Part shown: positions 50,121 to 61,232 of the stretch, piece by piece
Numbering within the stretch: position 1 is the stretch's first letter
Layout: each line of letters opens with the position of its first letter
From: Candidatus Aminicenantes bacterium
GTDB lineage: Bacteria; Acidobacteriota; Aminicenantia; Aminicenantales; JAFGBC01
Assembly: GCA_963702005.1 (NCBI GenBank)
Contig: OY969696.1
Location: 1,504,001 to 1,568,000 of the forward strand
Direction of reading: 5' to 3'
DNA length: 64,000 nucleotides
Notes under the pieces: generated by a model
What the model was told of the DNA's origin: nothing
Database searches by the model: none
The model's input: only the letters and a program-made list of their open reading frames with translations
Program-made: the position numbers and the translations under genes

Positions 50121-52311
50121 ATGGGTCTATTCAAAAGAAAGGGAATACAGCTTTTTGAAGAACCTGAAGAATCCGCCCTGCCCGAGCAGAAAGTCGAAAA
50201 CAAACCCGTTGAAGAAGAATCCATAACTCAGACCGAAGTTAAGCCCGATAAGGAACCAGAAAAAACTCTTGATCTCGGCTGGTATTATTCCGATAACAAA
50301 GAAGAATTTCAGATTGCGAAAATCGCGGAAAAAGACCGAGCCACGCATTTATACGTTGTCGGAGCTACGGGAACGGGCAAGACGAAATTTCTCGAATACC
50401 TGATTAGCCAGGATATCGAGAAAGGAAACGGCTTCGGGGTCATTGATCCGCATGGCGATTTAATCGAAGACGTTAAAGGCTTTTTGATCCTGCAATACAA
50501 TCCGGACGATCCGGAGATAACGGACAAGGTTATTCTTATCGATCCGACAGATCCGATTTTCACCGTGACATTCAATCCTTTGGAGAAAATGCTTGGCGTC
50601 CCTCTTGCGGAACAGGCAAATGAACTTATCTGCGCTTTCCGAAAAATCTGGTCCGACTTCCTGGGGCGTAAGGATGGAAGACCTGATGCGGAATTCTCTG
50701 ATTGCTCTGGGAGAGGCCGGGTTGACATTAATCGAGCTTCCGGCGTTCCTGAGCGATCGGGCTGTTCGGCAGGGCGTCTTGGAGAAAATCACGCATCCTT
50801 TAGCCAGAGAGTATTTCCGAAGGTTTGATACCGTGACCGACCGGGGCCAGATCACCTGGATCGAGCCGGTAATGAATAAAATCAATGCCTTTTTCTCAGA
50901 TGAGAGAATTAGGCATATTTTTTCCTCCGCGAAAAGCTCTTTCAACCTTAGAGAGATCATGGATTCACAAAAAATCCTACTGATCAAGCTCGATAAGGGA
51001 AAATTGAAGGATTCGGCCGACCTTCTCGGCTCGCTTCTCATGGCCCAAATCCAGATGGCCGCGTTCTCAAGATCAGACGTTCCCCAGGGCAAACGAACTA
51101 CGTTTTATTTGTATATCGACGAATTCCAGAATTTTGCCAGCGAATCGTTCTCCGTAGTATTGTCCGAAGCCCGCAAGTACGGGCTTTCTTTAATCATGGC
51201 TCATCAGACGCTCGCTCAGGTTCCCGAAGAATTAAGAAGCTTGATCTTGGGGAATGCCGGAATCCAAGTCTATTTCCGGCTTAATCGCCACGATGCCTCG
51301 ATTCTCGCCAAAGAAGCTTTCGAGTATTCGGGATTCGAAGTGAAGAACGTCAGCGGGTTCAAGCCTCGATACTGGAGTCTTGGCGAAGAATGGGAGCAGC
51401 ATACTAAAGACCTTCAGACCTTAGAGCCGAGAATCTGCTATGTGAAGCATAAAGTCGAAGGCGGAGTGATTCCCGTCCAGACGGCCTATATCGAAACTGC
51501 CCAGGAGGTTTTCGTCGAATTATTAGGGCGGGCTGAAGATGAGTATCTCAAATGGTTTGGAACGATTCCTTTTGGCCGGAAATACCTCGTGGAGCGGGGA
51601 AAACTTGATGCCGAAAGCAGAGCGAGAGAAGCGGAGGTTCAAGGGAAAGCCAAGCCGTACCAGAAAGAGACGCCGTACCGAAAAGAACCAGCACCGGCAA
51701 AGCCTGTGCCGAAAGCAGAATTACCGGCCGGAGGAAGGGTAATTGACGTAGAATCCATCGTAGTTCTGCCTAAAATAGAACTCCCGCCCCCAAAGGATAA
51801 AGCCGTATCTCAGCATCGGTATCTTCAAAATCTCATTAAGAAGATAGCGGAGGATAAAGGATACAAAGCGTCTATTGAGCAAACGATTCTTAACGGCGCA
51901 GGGAAGATTGACGTAAGCTTAGAAAAAATGGGGAAGAAAATCGCTTGTGAAATATCTATTACTACAAGCGGCGATCAGGAGCTAAAGAATATCGATAAAT
52001 GCCTTTCCGCTGGATATAAACAAGTGGTTCTTTGCTCGCCCGACCAAAAGACATTAGAGAATGTGCGAACCTTGGCTTCTCAGAAGCTGGGTCAAACTGA
52101 TCTGCTAAAAGTATTATTTTTCAAGCCCGAAGATCTCTTTTATTATTTAGAAAAAGAAGCGGCAGCCGAAGCATCGAAGGAAGCGCGGGTGAAAGGATAT
52201 AAGGTCAAAGTTCAGTATCAGCCCGTTAAAGAATCCGAGAAGAAAGCCAAGCGAGAAGCCGTGGCCCAGGTCATCCTTCAGGCGATGAAGAGGATGAGGG
52301 ACAAAAAATGA
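50121..52311 (+). pseudogene. Second TraD/TrwB-like ATPase with +1 frameshift at ~50658
   Basis: GATGTGKT, IDPHGD in one frame; SWGVRME, LYIDEFQNF, EARKYGL..AHQ in the next; TGG TCC GAC T TCC TGG carries one extra T. Confidence 0.8.
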
Positions 52312-52475
52312 CTATTGCTGCAAAAATTCAAAATATGGTTTGTGAAATCGTCGAATCGAAAATATATTTTCTATTTCCCCCTAGTAAGACGACTAAATAT
52401 ATAAAAGGGAGAAATATATAAAATTGGAATATGGTTAGAAATCGCACATTATTATAGCAAAAAGGAGGTAAGACA

Positions 52476-52763
52476 ATGGCAACTCTCCACGAGGTGAAAT
52501 GCGTGAACAAGAGTGATAGGGATAATCCGCATGAGCGGATTCTCTCTATTGGCGGGCTTAATAGTGACGGAACCAGATGGAAATTAAAACAAGAGGAGGC
52601 TATTAAGGGAATTGAAGAAGGGAAATGGTCATTTTACGTCACCAAGAACGGGAAGACGGTCAAAGTCATAGTTGCTACAAGTAGGTTTGGACATAAGTAT
52701 TTAAAAACCGAAGCTGATGGAGAACAGCCGAATAACCTGCTAAGTCTTCCTGAATGTCTTTAA
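52476..52763 (+). CDS. DUF3892-like protein
   Basis: KYLKTEADGEQPNNLLSLPEC. Confidence 0.8.
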   Translation: MATLHEVKCVNKSDRDNPHERILSIGGLNSDGTRWKLKQEEAIKGIEEGKWSFYVTKNGKTVKVIVATSRFGHKYLKTEADGEQPNNLLSLPECL

Positions 52764-53046
52764 TTAGCAGTTTAATCTATGAGTGTCCAACATATGATTA
52801 TATCGGCAAAGCTAAATGAGATATAAAACTACATGAAATATGTAATCACGTGCAACCTGAGAATAGCTGATTAACTTTTTTACCTAAAATGTCGAAATTC
52901 ATCGTTAAAGGCTATCCAGCGCCAGGAGGCGGGGCTAAGCAGCGATTAATTTGGACGAAAAATGTCCACTCACTGAATTAAAGCCAAGAAAGAAGATAGT
53001 TATATCGCAAAAATGAATTCATAGTCCATAGATTTGAGGAGGGGGA

Positions 53047-54942
53047 ATGAGCCATATTGCTTCAAAGGAAAGTAAGTTAGAAAAAATACTGAATTACTTA
53101 CTCGAAGGTTTCCAGATTATTAGATTTGACTGGCGCTATTTATATGTCAATGATGCCGTTGCCAGGCAGGGGCGTATGACAAAGGAAAGACTGCTGGGCA
53201 AAACAATGATGGAAGCATATCCGGGAATAGATAAAACGCACATGTTCAGTGTGCTCAGAAGATGCATGGAAGAACGGACTTCAGCTTTTTTAGAAAATGA
53301 ATTCACTTTTCCAGACGGCTCTAAAGGTTGGTTTGAACTCAGAATGGAGCCCGTGCCAGAAGGTATTTCTATACTCTCTATTGAGATTAGTGAACGCAAG
53401 AAAGCGCTGGAAAGAAACGAGGAAATCGGCGAGCGATACCAAACGCTATTTGGCCGTTCAATGGACTGTGTCTATCTTCACGATTTCGAAGGAAGATTTA
53501 TCGATGCCAATCGTGCTGCTTTAGATCTCTTGGGCTACAGTATTGGGGAGTTTACATCTCTTAATTTTGCGTCTTTATTGACTCCAGACCAAATTCCAAC
53601 GGCACTTAAAGCCATAGAAGAAATTAAGAGAATTGGTTTCCAGAAAGATGTATCTGAATTTAGATTAACTAAAAAGAATGGCGAAAACATTTTTGTAGAG
53701 ACTAATGGATCTCTTATATATCGTGAGGGTCAACCTTATGCCATCCAAGGAATCGCCAGAGATATCACCAGCAGAAAGAAGATGGAAGATGAGTTAAGAA
53801 GGGTCAATCGTGCGCTCAAGACACTCAGTAAGTGTAACGATTCTGTAATCCGTGCTACAGATGAGAAATGTCTGCTGCAGAGCATCTGTAGAGATATTGT
53901 CGATATCGGAGGATATCGTTTAGCCTGGGTCGGATTCGCTGAACACGATGAAAAGAAATCTGTTCGGCCCATAGCTCAAGTCGGATATGAAGAAGGATAT
54001 ATCGAAACTTTGAACATCACGTGGGCAGATACAGAGCGGGGTCGAGGCCCGACCGGCAGGGCTATAAGAAAAGGCAAGCCTTCCATTGCCAGAAGAATCT
54101 TAACCGATCCCGATTTTGAGCCATGGAGAAAAGAAGCAGCAAAGCGGGGATATGCCTCATCTATCTCTCTTCCTTTATTCGCCAATGGCCTGTGCTTTGG
54201 AGCATTGAATATTTACTCTGTCGAACCGGATGCCTTTGACGATGAGGAAGAAAAGCTTCTTATAGACCTGGCGGATGATTTGGCCTATGGCATTGTTACG
54301 CTCCGCATGCGGGCTGAAGGAAAACGGGCAGAAGAAGAACTAAAGCATACGCTCGAAATGCTACGAAAAACTCACGGAGCGACTATTCAAGCCATCAATA
54401 GGATAGTTGAAAACAGAGATCCCTACACAGCCGGCCATCAAAGACGCGTCGCCGATCTTGCCCGGGCCATCGCCACTGAAATGAATTTATCAAGGCATAC
54501 CATCGATGGAATACGCGTTGCTGCCCAACTTCATGATCTAGGAAAAATATCTGTTCCATCCGAAATTCTCAGTAAGACGGGCAAGCTAACTGAAGCTGAA
54601 TATAGCTTGATAAAAAATCACCCCAAAGTTGCTTATGAAATATTGAGGACCATTGAATTCCCCTGGCCGATCGCTGATATTATTCTGCAGCATCATGAAA
54701 GAATGGATGGTTCAGGATACCCCCTGAGCTTAGCTGGTAATGATATATTAATAGAGGCAAGAATAATCGGGGTGGCTGATGTTGTTGAAGCAATGGTTTC
54801 TCACCGTCCCTATAGACCCGCCCTTCAATTAGAGGATGCTCTTAATGAAATATCTCAGAAGAGCGGCGTATTATATGATCCGAACGTGGCAGACGCTTGT
54901 ATAAGGCTTTTAAAAGAAAAAGATTTTCATTTCAGGGCATAA
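53047..54942 (+). CDS. PAS-PAS-GAF-HD-GYP phosphodiesterase
   Basis: DPYTAGHQRRV, LHDLGK, QHHERMDGSGYP, SHRPYR. Confidence 0.92.
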   Translation: MSHIASKESKLEKILNYLLEGFQIIRFDWRYLYVNDAVARQGRMTKERLLGKTMMEAYPGIDKTHMFSVLRRCMEERTSAFLENEFTFPDGSKGWFELRMEPVPEGISILSIEISERKKALERNEEIGERYQTLFGRSMDCVYLHDFEGRFIDANRAALDLLGYSIGEFTSLNFASLLTPDQIPTALKAIEEIKRIGFQKDVSEFRLTKKNGENIFVETNGSLIYREGQPYAIQGIARDITSRKKMEDELRRVNRALKTLSKCNDSVIRATDEKCLLQSICRDIVDIGGYRLAWVGFAEHDEKKSVRPIAQVGYEEGYIETLNITWADTERGRGPTGRAIRKGKPSIARRILTDPDFEPWRKEAAKRGYASSISLPLFANGLCFGALNIYSVEPDAFDDEEEKLLIDLADDLAYGIVTLRMRAEGKRAEEELKHTLEMLRKTHGATIQAINRIVENRDPYTAGHQRRVADLARAIATEMNLSRHTIDGIRVAAQLHDLGKISVPSEILSKTGKLTEAEYSLIKNHPKVAYEILRTIEFPWPIADIILQHHERMDGSGYPLSLAGNDILIEARIIGVADVVEAMVSHRPYRPALQLEDALNEISQKSGVLYDPNVADACIRLLKEKDFHFRA

Positions 54943-55012
54943 TGATGAGCTGCGATATATGAGAGCTACAATTGCAAGTGTTAAACAAAGTTCGCGGCAC
55001 AAATTAAATAGA

Positions 55013-55265
55013 CTATTTTAAAGATGTCATAAAAAAAGTAATTGTATCTGAAGGCTTCTTCGCAGGCTTATGTAAGTTTCTCTCCCACCCCGCAAGTGTC
55101 GTTGGATCAACTCCCAATTGCTCCGCCATCTTTTTCTGTGTCAGCCCGTGAACCCGCCGATATTCACGAATCCTTTCTCTTAAATTATCTGTCTTTATTT
55201 CGAACGGATCACGTCCCAGAGATTCGATTATTTCCGGAATTTGAGCCAAAGAGGCTTGAACTGTT
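55013..55265 (-). pseudogene. XRE-HTH relic homologous to 60789-61232
   Basis: SLAQIPEIIESLGRDPF..IREYRRVHGLTQKKMAEQLGVDPTTLAGWE. Confidence 0.75.
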
Positions 55266-55524
55266 TGCATGGTTTGAGGCAAATTGGGAGCACATAAAGG
55301 ACATAGTGGAGCGAACGGTTTTGATTTGGCTGCGTCCCTGGAACGTCCCCGGAATTCTGGGATCCCAGGTCGTTCTCTGCGCACAAAGGTGCCGGCTGTT
55401 AGCAAAAGGGGGGTTTTGATGGGAACCATCAAGGTGGGGGCTTTCTCCAACCGGCGAAAGAAAGCCATAAATATTATATCACAAGTCCGCGTGAAGAGGG
55501 TGAAGTCCGAGCCTCATCACGTGT

Positions 55525-55750
55525 CTATTCTTCAGGCGAAGAAAGATAGGTTTCGAGCTTTTCAAATAGCCTATTCGTGGGCCGATGCTCCCCTCTCTCC
55601 CACCCTGCCAGAGTTGTCTGATCGACCCCCAACTGTTCAGCCAACATCTTCTGGGTCAGCACATGAACCCGCCGGTATTCTCGAATCCTTTCTCCCAGAT
55701 TCTCTGTTTCTTTCTCAAAAGGGTCGCGGCCCAGAAACTCGGTGATCTTG
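55525..55750 (-). pseudogene. XRE-HTH relic homologous to 60789-61232
   Basis: KITEFLGRDPFEKETENLGERIREYRRVH..LGVDQTTLAGWERGEHRP. Confidence 0.75.
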
Positions 55751-55774
55751 GTGACGCTGAGGTCCACAAGTGAT

Positions 55775-55925
55775 CACGGGAGAGTCGTTCTTCCCAAAGG
55801 GTCTTACGATAGCGGGCGTTTTACGTAGTGATGCAAACAACGGTGAAGAACCGGCTCCAGGCGTTTTTGGCCCAGCAGGGGGAAGAGATACGCTCAGAGG
55901 TATCGCGGGTGGAGAACCTTCCCGC
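55775..55925 (+). pseudogene. IS110-like transposase fragment
   Basis: SQRVLR*RAFYVVMQTTVKNRLQAFLAQQG resembles the IS110 R..LV..T..KNR motif; contains a stop. Confidence 0.4.
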
Positions 55926-56005
55926 CCCTCAGACATACGACATATTCCCGCTGACCTCCAAAAACATCATGGCGGAATGGAGGGCAGACCAGGAGAGCGA
56001 TCGTT

Positions 56006-57382
56006 TTATACGTTCTTTATCCTGAGCTTTGAAACCTTGCTTTCATTGAGAACAATGGGTATTCCTTTTATCCTTCCATTTCGCTCAATGGTCACATCAA
56101 CTTTTTTGCCCCATTTGCCATTCATAATGTCTTGCCTGATTTTGTTAAACTCAGGGATGCTCTTGATGGTCTCTTTTCCCACCTTAATGACCCGATCATT
56201 AACTAATAAACCGGCGTTTTGAGCGCTTGAACCATAAGATATCCAATTCACATAAAACTTCCCTTCCTTTTCGTAAAGATCAAATGAAAAATCTAGGACG
56301 ATCTCTTCAAATGGTTCCAATTGATCAAGCAGGGAAAGAATTTCGGGGAAAAAGGATTCATAGGTGGGGAATTTCGACCTATTCTTTTCGTAATCACCCA
56401 ATTTTTCGTAGATAAAAGGGATGAGCAGAAAGGGAGTGTGTCCTCCCTCCCACTTGTCTTTGGGTGTCTGTCTCGTGACGTATTTATAGATTCTTGTCGT
56501 TGCCGCTCTGACAATATTCTCATTCAGACAGCTTCCCCATGTGGGATAATAAAGCTTCGTCATCACGTCATCTTGGTTTAACGTTTTGAATAGCCATTCT
56601 CTCTTGGCCACTTCAGATTGAAATTTGGCGGTGACGGGGTTGACGAACGAATGGCCAAATTCGTGGATGGCTCCACCGATCAAATCCTTGCCACTCGTCT
56701 GGTCATAGCTGGCTGAATCCGGGGGGACAGGCGTCGGGCTGATGACAGAATATCTGACCTTATGTTCTTCAAGTTCAGGGGACCCAAACAAGAATCCGGC
56801 TGGAGTGAGGAACGAGACATAGATATTAAATCTAAATTCTGGCTTAGATTGACCAAAATAATCTTCAAGGGGCTTTCTTACCGAAATTTGAGCAATCTCT
56901 TGATTAAACCTTTCAGCTACTCTCGCGTACTCATTGACGTGTTCTTCCCAGAATTTTTCAAAATGCGTGTCTTGATAAAAGTCTTTCACCGCCTTGGCAA
57001 AGTCCTCCAGAATCTTAGAATTACCAATTTCCAGGCCAATGTTCTGCGGAAATTTGCTGACGGTGAGGTCAGAAATGCTCCGGAACGAAAGGGCAAGGCC
57101 AGGGAAACGATCCAAGAAAATGTGATCGAGAATTTCGTCGGCTATCTGAACGGCTTTGTGATTTTTGTAGGATTCAAAGTATTCTAGGGCACTCCTTCGG
57201 ATAGGATGGACAAATTGGGCTTGTTGGGAACTGCCGTGGGGAGTCAGAATTCCAATACAGGTGAGCAATTCTATGCGTTCATCAAAGCTCACCACCACTT
57301 CATTTTGGGAATGGCCAGAGATCGTCATGAAAAATATCAGGAATACTAGAAGAGTTAAAATATGCTTGCTTTGCTTTTTCAT
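56006..57382 (-). CDS. Secreted DUF4932-like HExxH protein with C-terminal PDZ
   Basis: DERIELL, HEFGHSFVNP, ENIVRA; SSAQNAGLLVNDRVIKV..VTIERNG. Confidence 0.75.
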   Translation of the reverse strand: MKKQSKHILTLLVFLIFFMTISGHSQNEVVVSFDERIELLTCIGILTPHGSSQQAQFVHPIRRSALEYFESYKNHKAVQIADEILDHIFLDRFPGLALSFRSISDLTVSKFPQNIGLEIGNSKILEDFAKAVKDFYQDTHFEKFWEEHVNEYARVAERFNQEIAQISVRKPLEDYFGQSKPEFRFNIYVSFLTPAGFLFGSPELEEHKVRYSVISPTPVPPDSASYDQTSGKDLIGGAIHEFGHSFVNPVTAKFQSEVAKREWLFKTLNQDDVMTKLYYPTWGSCLNENIVRAATTRIYKYVTRQTPKDKWEGGHTPFLLIPFIYEKLGDYEKNRSKFPTYESFFPEILSLLDQLEPFEEIVLDFSFDLYEKEGKFYVNWISYGSSAQNAGLLVNDRVIKVGKETIKSIPEFNKIRQDIMNGKWGKKVDVTIERNGRIKGIPIVLNESKVSKLRIKNV

Positions 57383-57509
57383 CCACTCAATATATTATTT
57401 TATATCATAATGATATTTAAAAGCATTATATTATTAGTATAAAATAATACCTCCAGGCAGTGTCAACTCTTATTCGCAATTTCGGGGGCCGAGGAGCCAA
57501 AAAGGTTAG

Positions 57510-57716
57510 TGAAAATAAGCAAGTAATTTGGCCAAATTATCAACAAGTTTCTTCGAGGGCTGATGTTCTCCTCTTTTCCACCCCGCTAGGGTCGATTCCG
57601 ATTTGCTCGGCAAATATTTTTTGCGATACCCCATGAACCCGTTGATAATCCCGAATCGTATCTCGTAGGCTTCTTGAAGTGACCTCAGACGGATCGCGGC
57701 TCAGGAATTCGATCAT
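57510..57716 (-). pseudogene. Degenerate XRE-HTH relic
   Basis: Own translation: IEFLSRDP..IRDYQRVHGVSQKIFAEQIGIDP / frameshift / LAGWKRGEHQP. Confidence 0.65.
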
Positions 57717-57859
57717 AAGGCAATGATTCCTTAGCTCGATTTATTTCTTATAGATGCATCTCTGGTGTGGACCTCCTTGATCTAAATGCAAGCTATTAGG
57801 TAACTTTTTTCTTATAAAAAGAGTCTTATAAAGGAGAAGATATTATTAGGAGTCACGCA

Positions 57860-59848
57860 ATGCGAACCAGGCCGCTCATTTCTATATTGTTTATTTTTCC
57901 TGGGGTGGAAAATATAGGCCCGATAAAGCAATTGCATTCCATAATGAGGCGAATTCTCATTTCTATCATGCTTTTAATATCCAGTTTAAATAACCCAGGT
58001 ATTTGCAAAGATCAAAAACCGTGTTCGATAAAATCTCATAATCTTAAGATAGAGTTTAACTCCGATATTCATGAGATGAGAGTAGTCGATAAAATCTTTT
58101 TATCTGAAAATTGGAATAAGAATTCTCCTTTCCTAGCTAAAATTGACTCTCTCTTCTTGATTTCCAGCATTTGTTCACAAGAAGGAAGGCCCGTGGCCTA
58201 TAAATATCAAGACGGCAAACTTGAAATACCGAGTCTGGCTGGAATGGAGAGCTTCACTGTCGAATATTCGGGCGTTCTTAATACGGATTTGAGAAGCGAT
58301 CCCTTTGCCAAAGTGGCTGGTTCATTTTATCTTCTGAAGGAGCTCGATTGGATTTTTACTCCTGCGGGCACTGAAGCAGAAAAGGCCGTTATGGAGTATC
58401 GTATTCCTAAGGAATTTGACATCATCACAGAAGGTCACCCGGTCAGTGAAAGGGTCATAGGCGACAAAAAAATAAGCGTCTGGGAAGTGGATGGGTGCGA
58501 ATCGTGGTTGTACTGCATGATAGGCAAATGGCATAAGACGAACAGGAAAGTCGGTCAATCTGAAGTTAGAGTCTGGCTGGCCTCCCATAAACCGGAATTG
58601 GCGGAAAAGCTTGTTGAAACAATAGAGAAAATCTTCTGTTTCTATTCAGAGATCTACACTGCTTATCCGCGTCCCGACTTTACTTACCTGGAATTTCCAA
58701 ACGATTATGCGGCCTGGAATGGCTATCTGAAAGTGGTTTTTATGCGCGAATCCGCAACTTGGGGAATTCCAGACGATATTGAATTTGTGGCCCACGAGAT
58801 AGCTCATAACTGGTGGCCCAACTACATCGGTTTGAAAAGGGATGAAGAACTCGACCTTGATGGCGAAGCGTTTTGTGACTTTTCTGCCGCGCTGGCCAAT
58901 GAATTTCTGTTCGGCTCAGTAAAAAAGCAGGAACGTGCAAAAGAATTGGTATGGTTCATGGCCTATCCAGAAGAGAAATATCGAAAAGGCAAGTTTCTTC
59001 TGCACAATCTTAGACTGATTTATGGGGATAAACTATTTTTCAAGTGGGTTAAAGACTTTTCTGAAAGATATAAAGGAAGAAGAACAAGCACAGAGGATTT
59101 CTTTGCTATGGCTCCTCGGAAAGAAGGATTTGATTTGAATGGATTCCTGGCAACTTGGAAGGAGGTTAAGATCCTTCCTGTTTTCGAGCTACAATATGAT
59201 AAAAAGAAAATGAAATCGGGAAACCGGTATGAGATAACGATAAGTATTCATCAACAGCCGAATCCGCCGATTATTGGGTGGCATATCCCCGTTCTTGTTC
59301 GCTCAAAAGACACGGAAGTTCAGAAACTCGTGGAATTAACTGGGGAAGTTACAAAAAGTCGCTTGGAGACGGAGTTTGAACCTGAAGAGGTTTTGCTCGA
59401 TCCAAATTATATAATTCCCAGGCGAGTGCCAGAATTTCAAAAGTATGCCGAAGCCCTGATTTTAATAGACGCCAAGGCATTCCCGCTTATCTTCAAGAAG
59501 AATTTTCAAGACTGCCTCCCCTTTCTATTTCAGGCCCTGGAACTGGACACGGAAAATGCCGAAACACACTACCTCATCGGGAGGGCATACAAGAATCTTA
59601 ATCAGCCAGACAAGGCAAAAGAGTTTTTTTCCACGGCGACTGCCAAAATCCTTGGCTGGTATATGGGGAATCGTTACACGACGGACCAGCTCCATGTTTA
59701 TTCTCTTTGGGAATTGGCCCAGATCTTTCTCAAAGAAGGGAATTATGCTTTAGCTCGGAAAAACCTCGAAGCGATATTAATAAAGCCCGACATTGAAGGT
59801 TATCACGCAAAAGCATCAGATGAGCTAAAGAAGATCAAGAATATCTAA
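57860..59848 (+). CDS. M1-family metallo-aminopeptidase with C-terminal TPR
   Basis: AHEIAHNWW..GEAF, YRKG..LHNLR, LDPNY, TPR helices. Confidence 0.8.
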   Translation: MRTRPLISILFIFPGVENIGPIKQLHSIMRRILISIMLLISSLNNPGICKDQKPCSIKSHNLKIEFNSDIHEMRVVDKIFLSENWNKNSPFLAKIDSLFLISSICSQEGRPVAYKYQDGKLEIPSLAGMESFTVEYSGVLNTDLRSDPFAKVAGSFYLLKELDWIFTPAGTEAEKAVMEYRIPKEFDIITEGHPVSERVIGDKKISVWEVDGCESWLYCMIGKWHKTNRKVGQSEVRVWLASHKPELAEKLVETIEKIFCFYSEIYTAYPRPDFTYLEFPNDYAAWNGYLKVVFMRESATWGIPDDIEFVAHEIAHNWWPNYIGLKRDEELDLDGEAFCDFSAALANEFLFGSVKKQERAKELVWFMAYPEEKYRKGKFLLHNLRLIYGDKLFFKWVKDFSERYKGRRTSTEDFFAMAPRKEGFDLNGFLATWKEVKILPVFELQYDKKKMKSGNRYEITISIHQQPNPPIIGWHIPVLVRSKDTEVQKLVELTGEVTKSRLETEFEPEEVLLDPNYIIPRRVPEFQKYAEALILIDAKAFPLIFKKNFQDCLPFLFQALELDTENAETHYLIGRAYKNLNQPDKAKEFFSTATAKILGWYMGNRYTTDQLHVYSLWELAQIFLKEGNYALARKNLEAILIKPDIEGYHAKASDELKKIKNI

Positions 59849-59906
59849 TTGTTTGATCCGCTAGCGTATAGCAATGTTTGCTCTAGAGGAGGAGCGATCG
59901 TAGACT

Positions 59907-60058
59907 CTGGAAACCGGCTTTTTTGTCCTTAAGGCTAAATAGCAGAAAAGCATCACGACCCTGCGAGGAGGTTCTGCGTGCGCCGGGACGATCCGGAAAG
60001 GTCCGGGGCGACTCGCGGACGCGTACTGGCCGCCCGCGAGCGTCAGCTCCGCCGATTC
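59907..60058 (+). repeat. Degenerate second attR plus collapsed comM 3' relic
   Basis: 59907-59978 aligns without gaps to 61183-61254 (CCCTG at 59959); 60027-60058 matches comM 61434-61465. Confidence 0.85.
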
Positions 60059-60100
60059 TGCATGTGATATAATATCTTGGGAAGCGAGTGGGTAGTGGAC

Positions 60101-60643
60101 ATGAGAAAAAGAGGATTGTTTTCAGCCGGCCTCATCCTTTTCCTGTGGGCCGGACTCCTGGCCCCCGCTCCGAACGATTTTCCTAAAAAGACGCCAGGAA
60201 AGGAGCAGCCGCAACGGCCGATATTTTATGCCCTCCAGGTCGTTTGCGAAAAGGACGTCCAAAACTCAAGAGATTCGCTGGGTGCGCCGGATGGCCGCTC
60301 TGCGGAGATCCTTCCGGGCGGCGGGCTCGTCGTGCTCATGGAGAAAAAGCTTTATCCCTTCCCGAGTTCCCCCTCGCCGGAGGGAGAAGGAGGACTGGCG
60401 GAAAGCGGCTCAGTAGTTGGCAAAGGAGGGCCGGACTTCATCCTCGAAGGCTGGTTCCTAGTACAGGATACGCAGGCCAAGCACCGCTATGTCTGGGTGC
60501 CTCTAGGATTGTCGGCGGGCGGCTTTTGCGTCGGGCTTGAAGGCAGTGAGGGTGTGAACATGATCAGGATCACGAACCCAGGCAACAAATCCTTGTTTGT
60601 GGACGCCGTAGTCGGACGCGGCAGGGAAACACAAGGAAGATAG
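60101..60643 (+). CDS. Hypothetical secreted protein
   Basis: Signal peptide MRKRGLFSAGLILFLWAG. Confidence 0.6.
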   Translation: MRKRGLFSAGLILFLWAGLLAPAPNDFPKKTPGKEQPQRPIFYALQVVCEKDVQNSRDSLGAPDGRSAEILPGGGLVVLMEKKLYPFPSSPSPEGEGGLAESGSVVGKGGPDFILEGWFLVQDTQAKHRYVWVPLGLSAGGFCVGLEGSEGVNMIRITNPGNKSLFVDAVVGRGRETQGR

Positions 60644-60788
60644 AAGGCACTAGCCGCCCTTGCCAGCGGCACCCTTGACTTTCCCGCGCTCGAGGATGCC
60701 AAGAAGAAGCTGGCGGCGCTGAAGTGAATGTGATTTCTTCATAGGGACTTATAGCCGCATCGAGATTATCTACCATCCCAAGCCTCGA

Positions 60789-61232
60789 TTAAATTTGAGT
60801 TTGAAATAGCTCAATTCCGGTCAATTTTTCAAGAAACCTTTTCATCGGCCGATGCTTCCCTCTCTCCCATCCCGCCAACGTCGTCTGATCAATTCCTAAT
60901 AGAGTAGCAAATTTCTTCTGCGTCAGCCCGTGGATCCGCCGGTATTCCCGAATCTTTTCGCCTAAATTCTCTGTCCTTTTCTCAAACGGATCGCAGCCAA
61001 GGAACTCGATAATCTTAGGAATCTGGGCTAGAGACGGCTGGACTCGGTTCTTTTCCCAAAGATATATCGTGAGGTCCGAAACATTAAGCTTTAGGGAAAG
61101 TTGGCGCTTGGTGAGCTTCAAATCAATCCTTCGGGCTCTAATCCAGTCGCCCCACGTCTTCATAAAATCAGGGTATTTCTCCCTGGAAACCGGCTTTTTT
61201 GCCTTTAAGGTTAAATGGCAGAAAGGCAACAC
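60789..61232 (-). CDS. Tandem XRE-HTH domains; predicted C-terminal part of LSR1 after excision
   Basis: Two HTH repeats (IRARR..LWEKNR; IREYRR..GWERG); frame begins at attR. Confidence 0.8.
   Translation of the reverse strand: MLPFCHLTLKAKKPVSREKYPDFMKTWGDWIRARRIDLKLTKRQLSLKLNVSDLTIYLWEKNRVQPSLAQIPKIIEFLGCDPFEKRTENLGEKIREYRRIHGLTQKKFATLLGIDQTTLAGWERGKHRPMKRFLEKLTGIELFQTQI

Noticed and set aside
55270-55500. N-terminal half of ORF 55013-55468 and ORF 55284-55745
   Set aside because: Not homologous to the HTH module; probably chance read-through of unrelated DNA.
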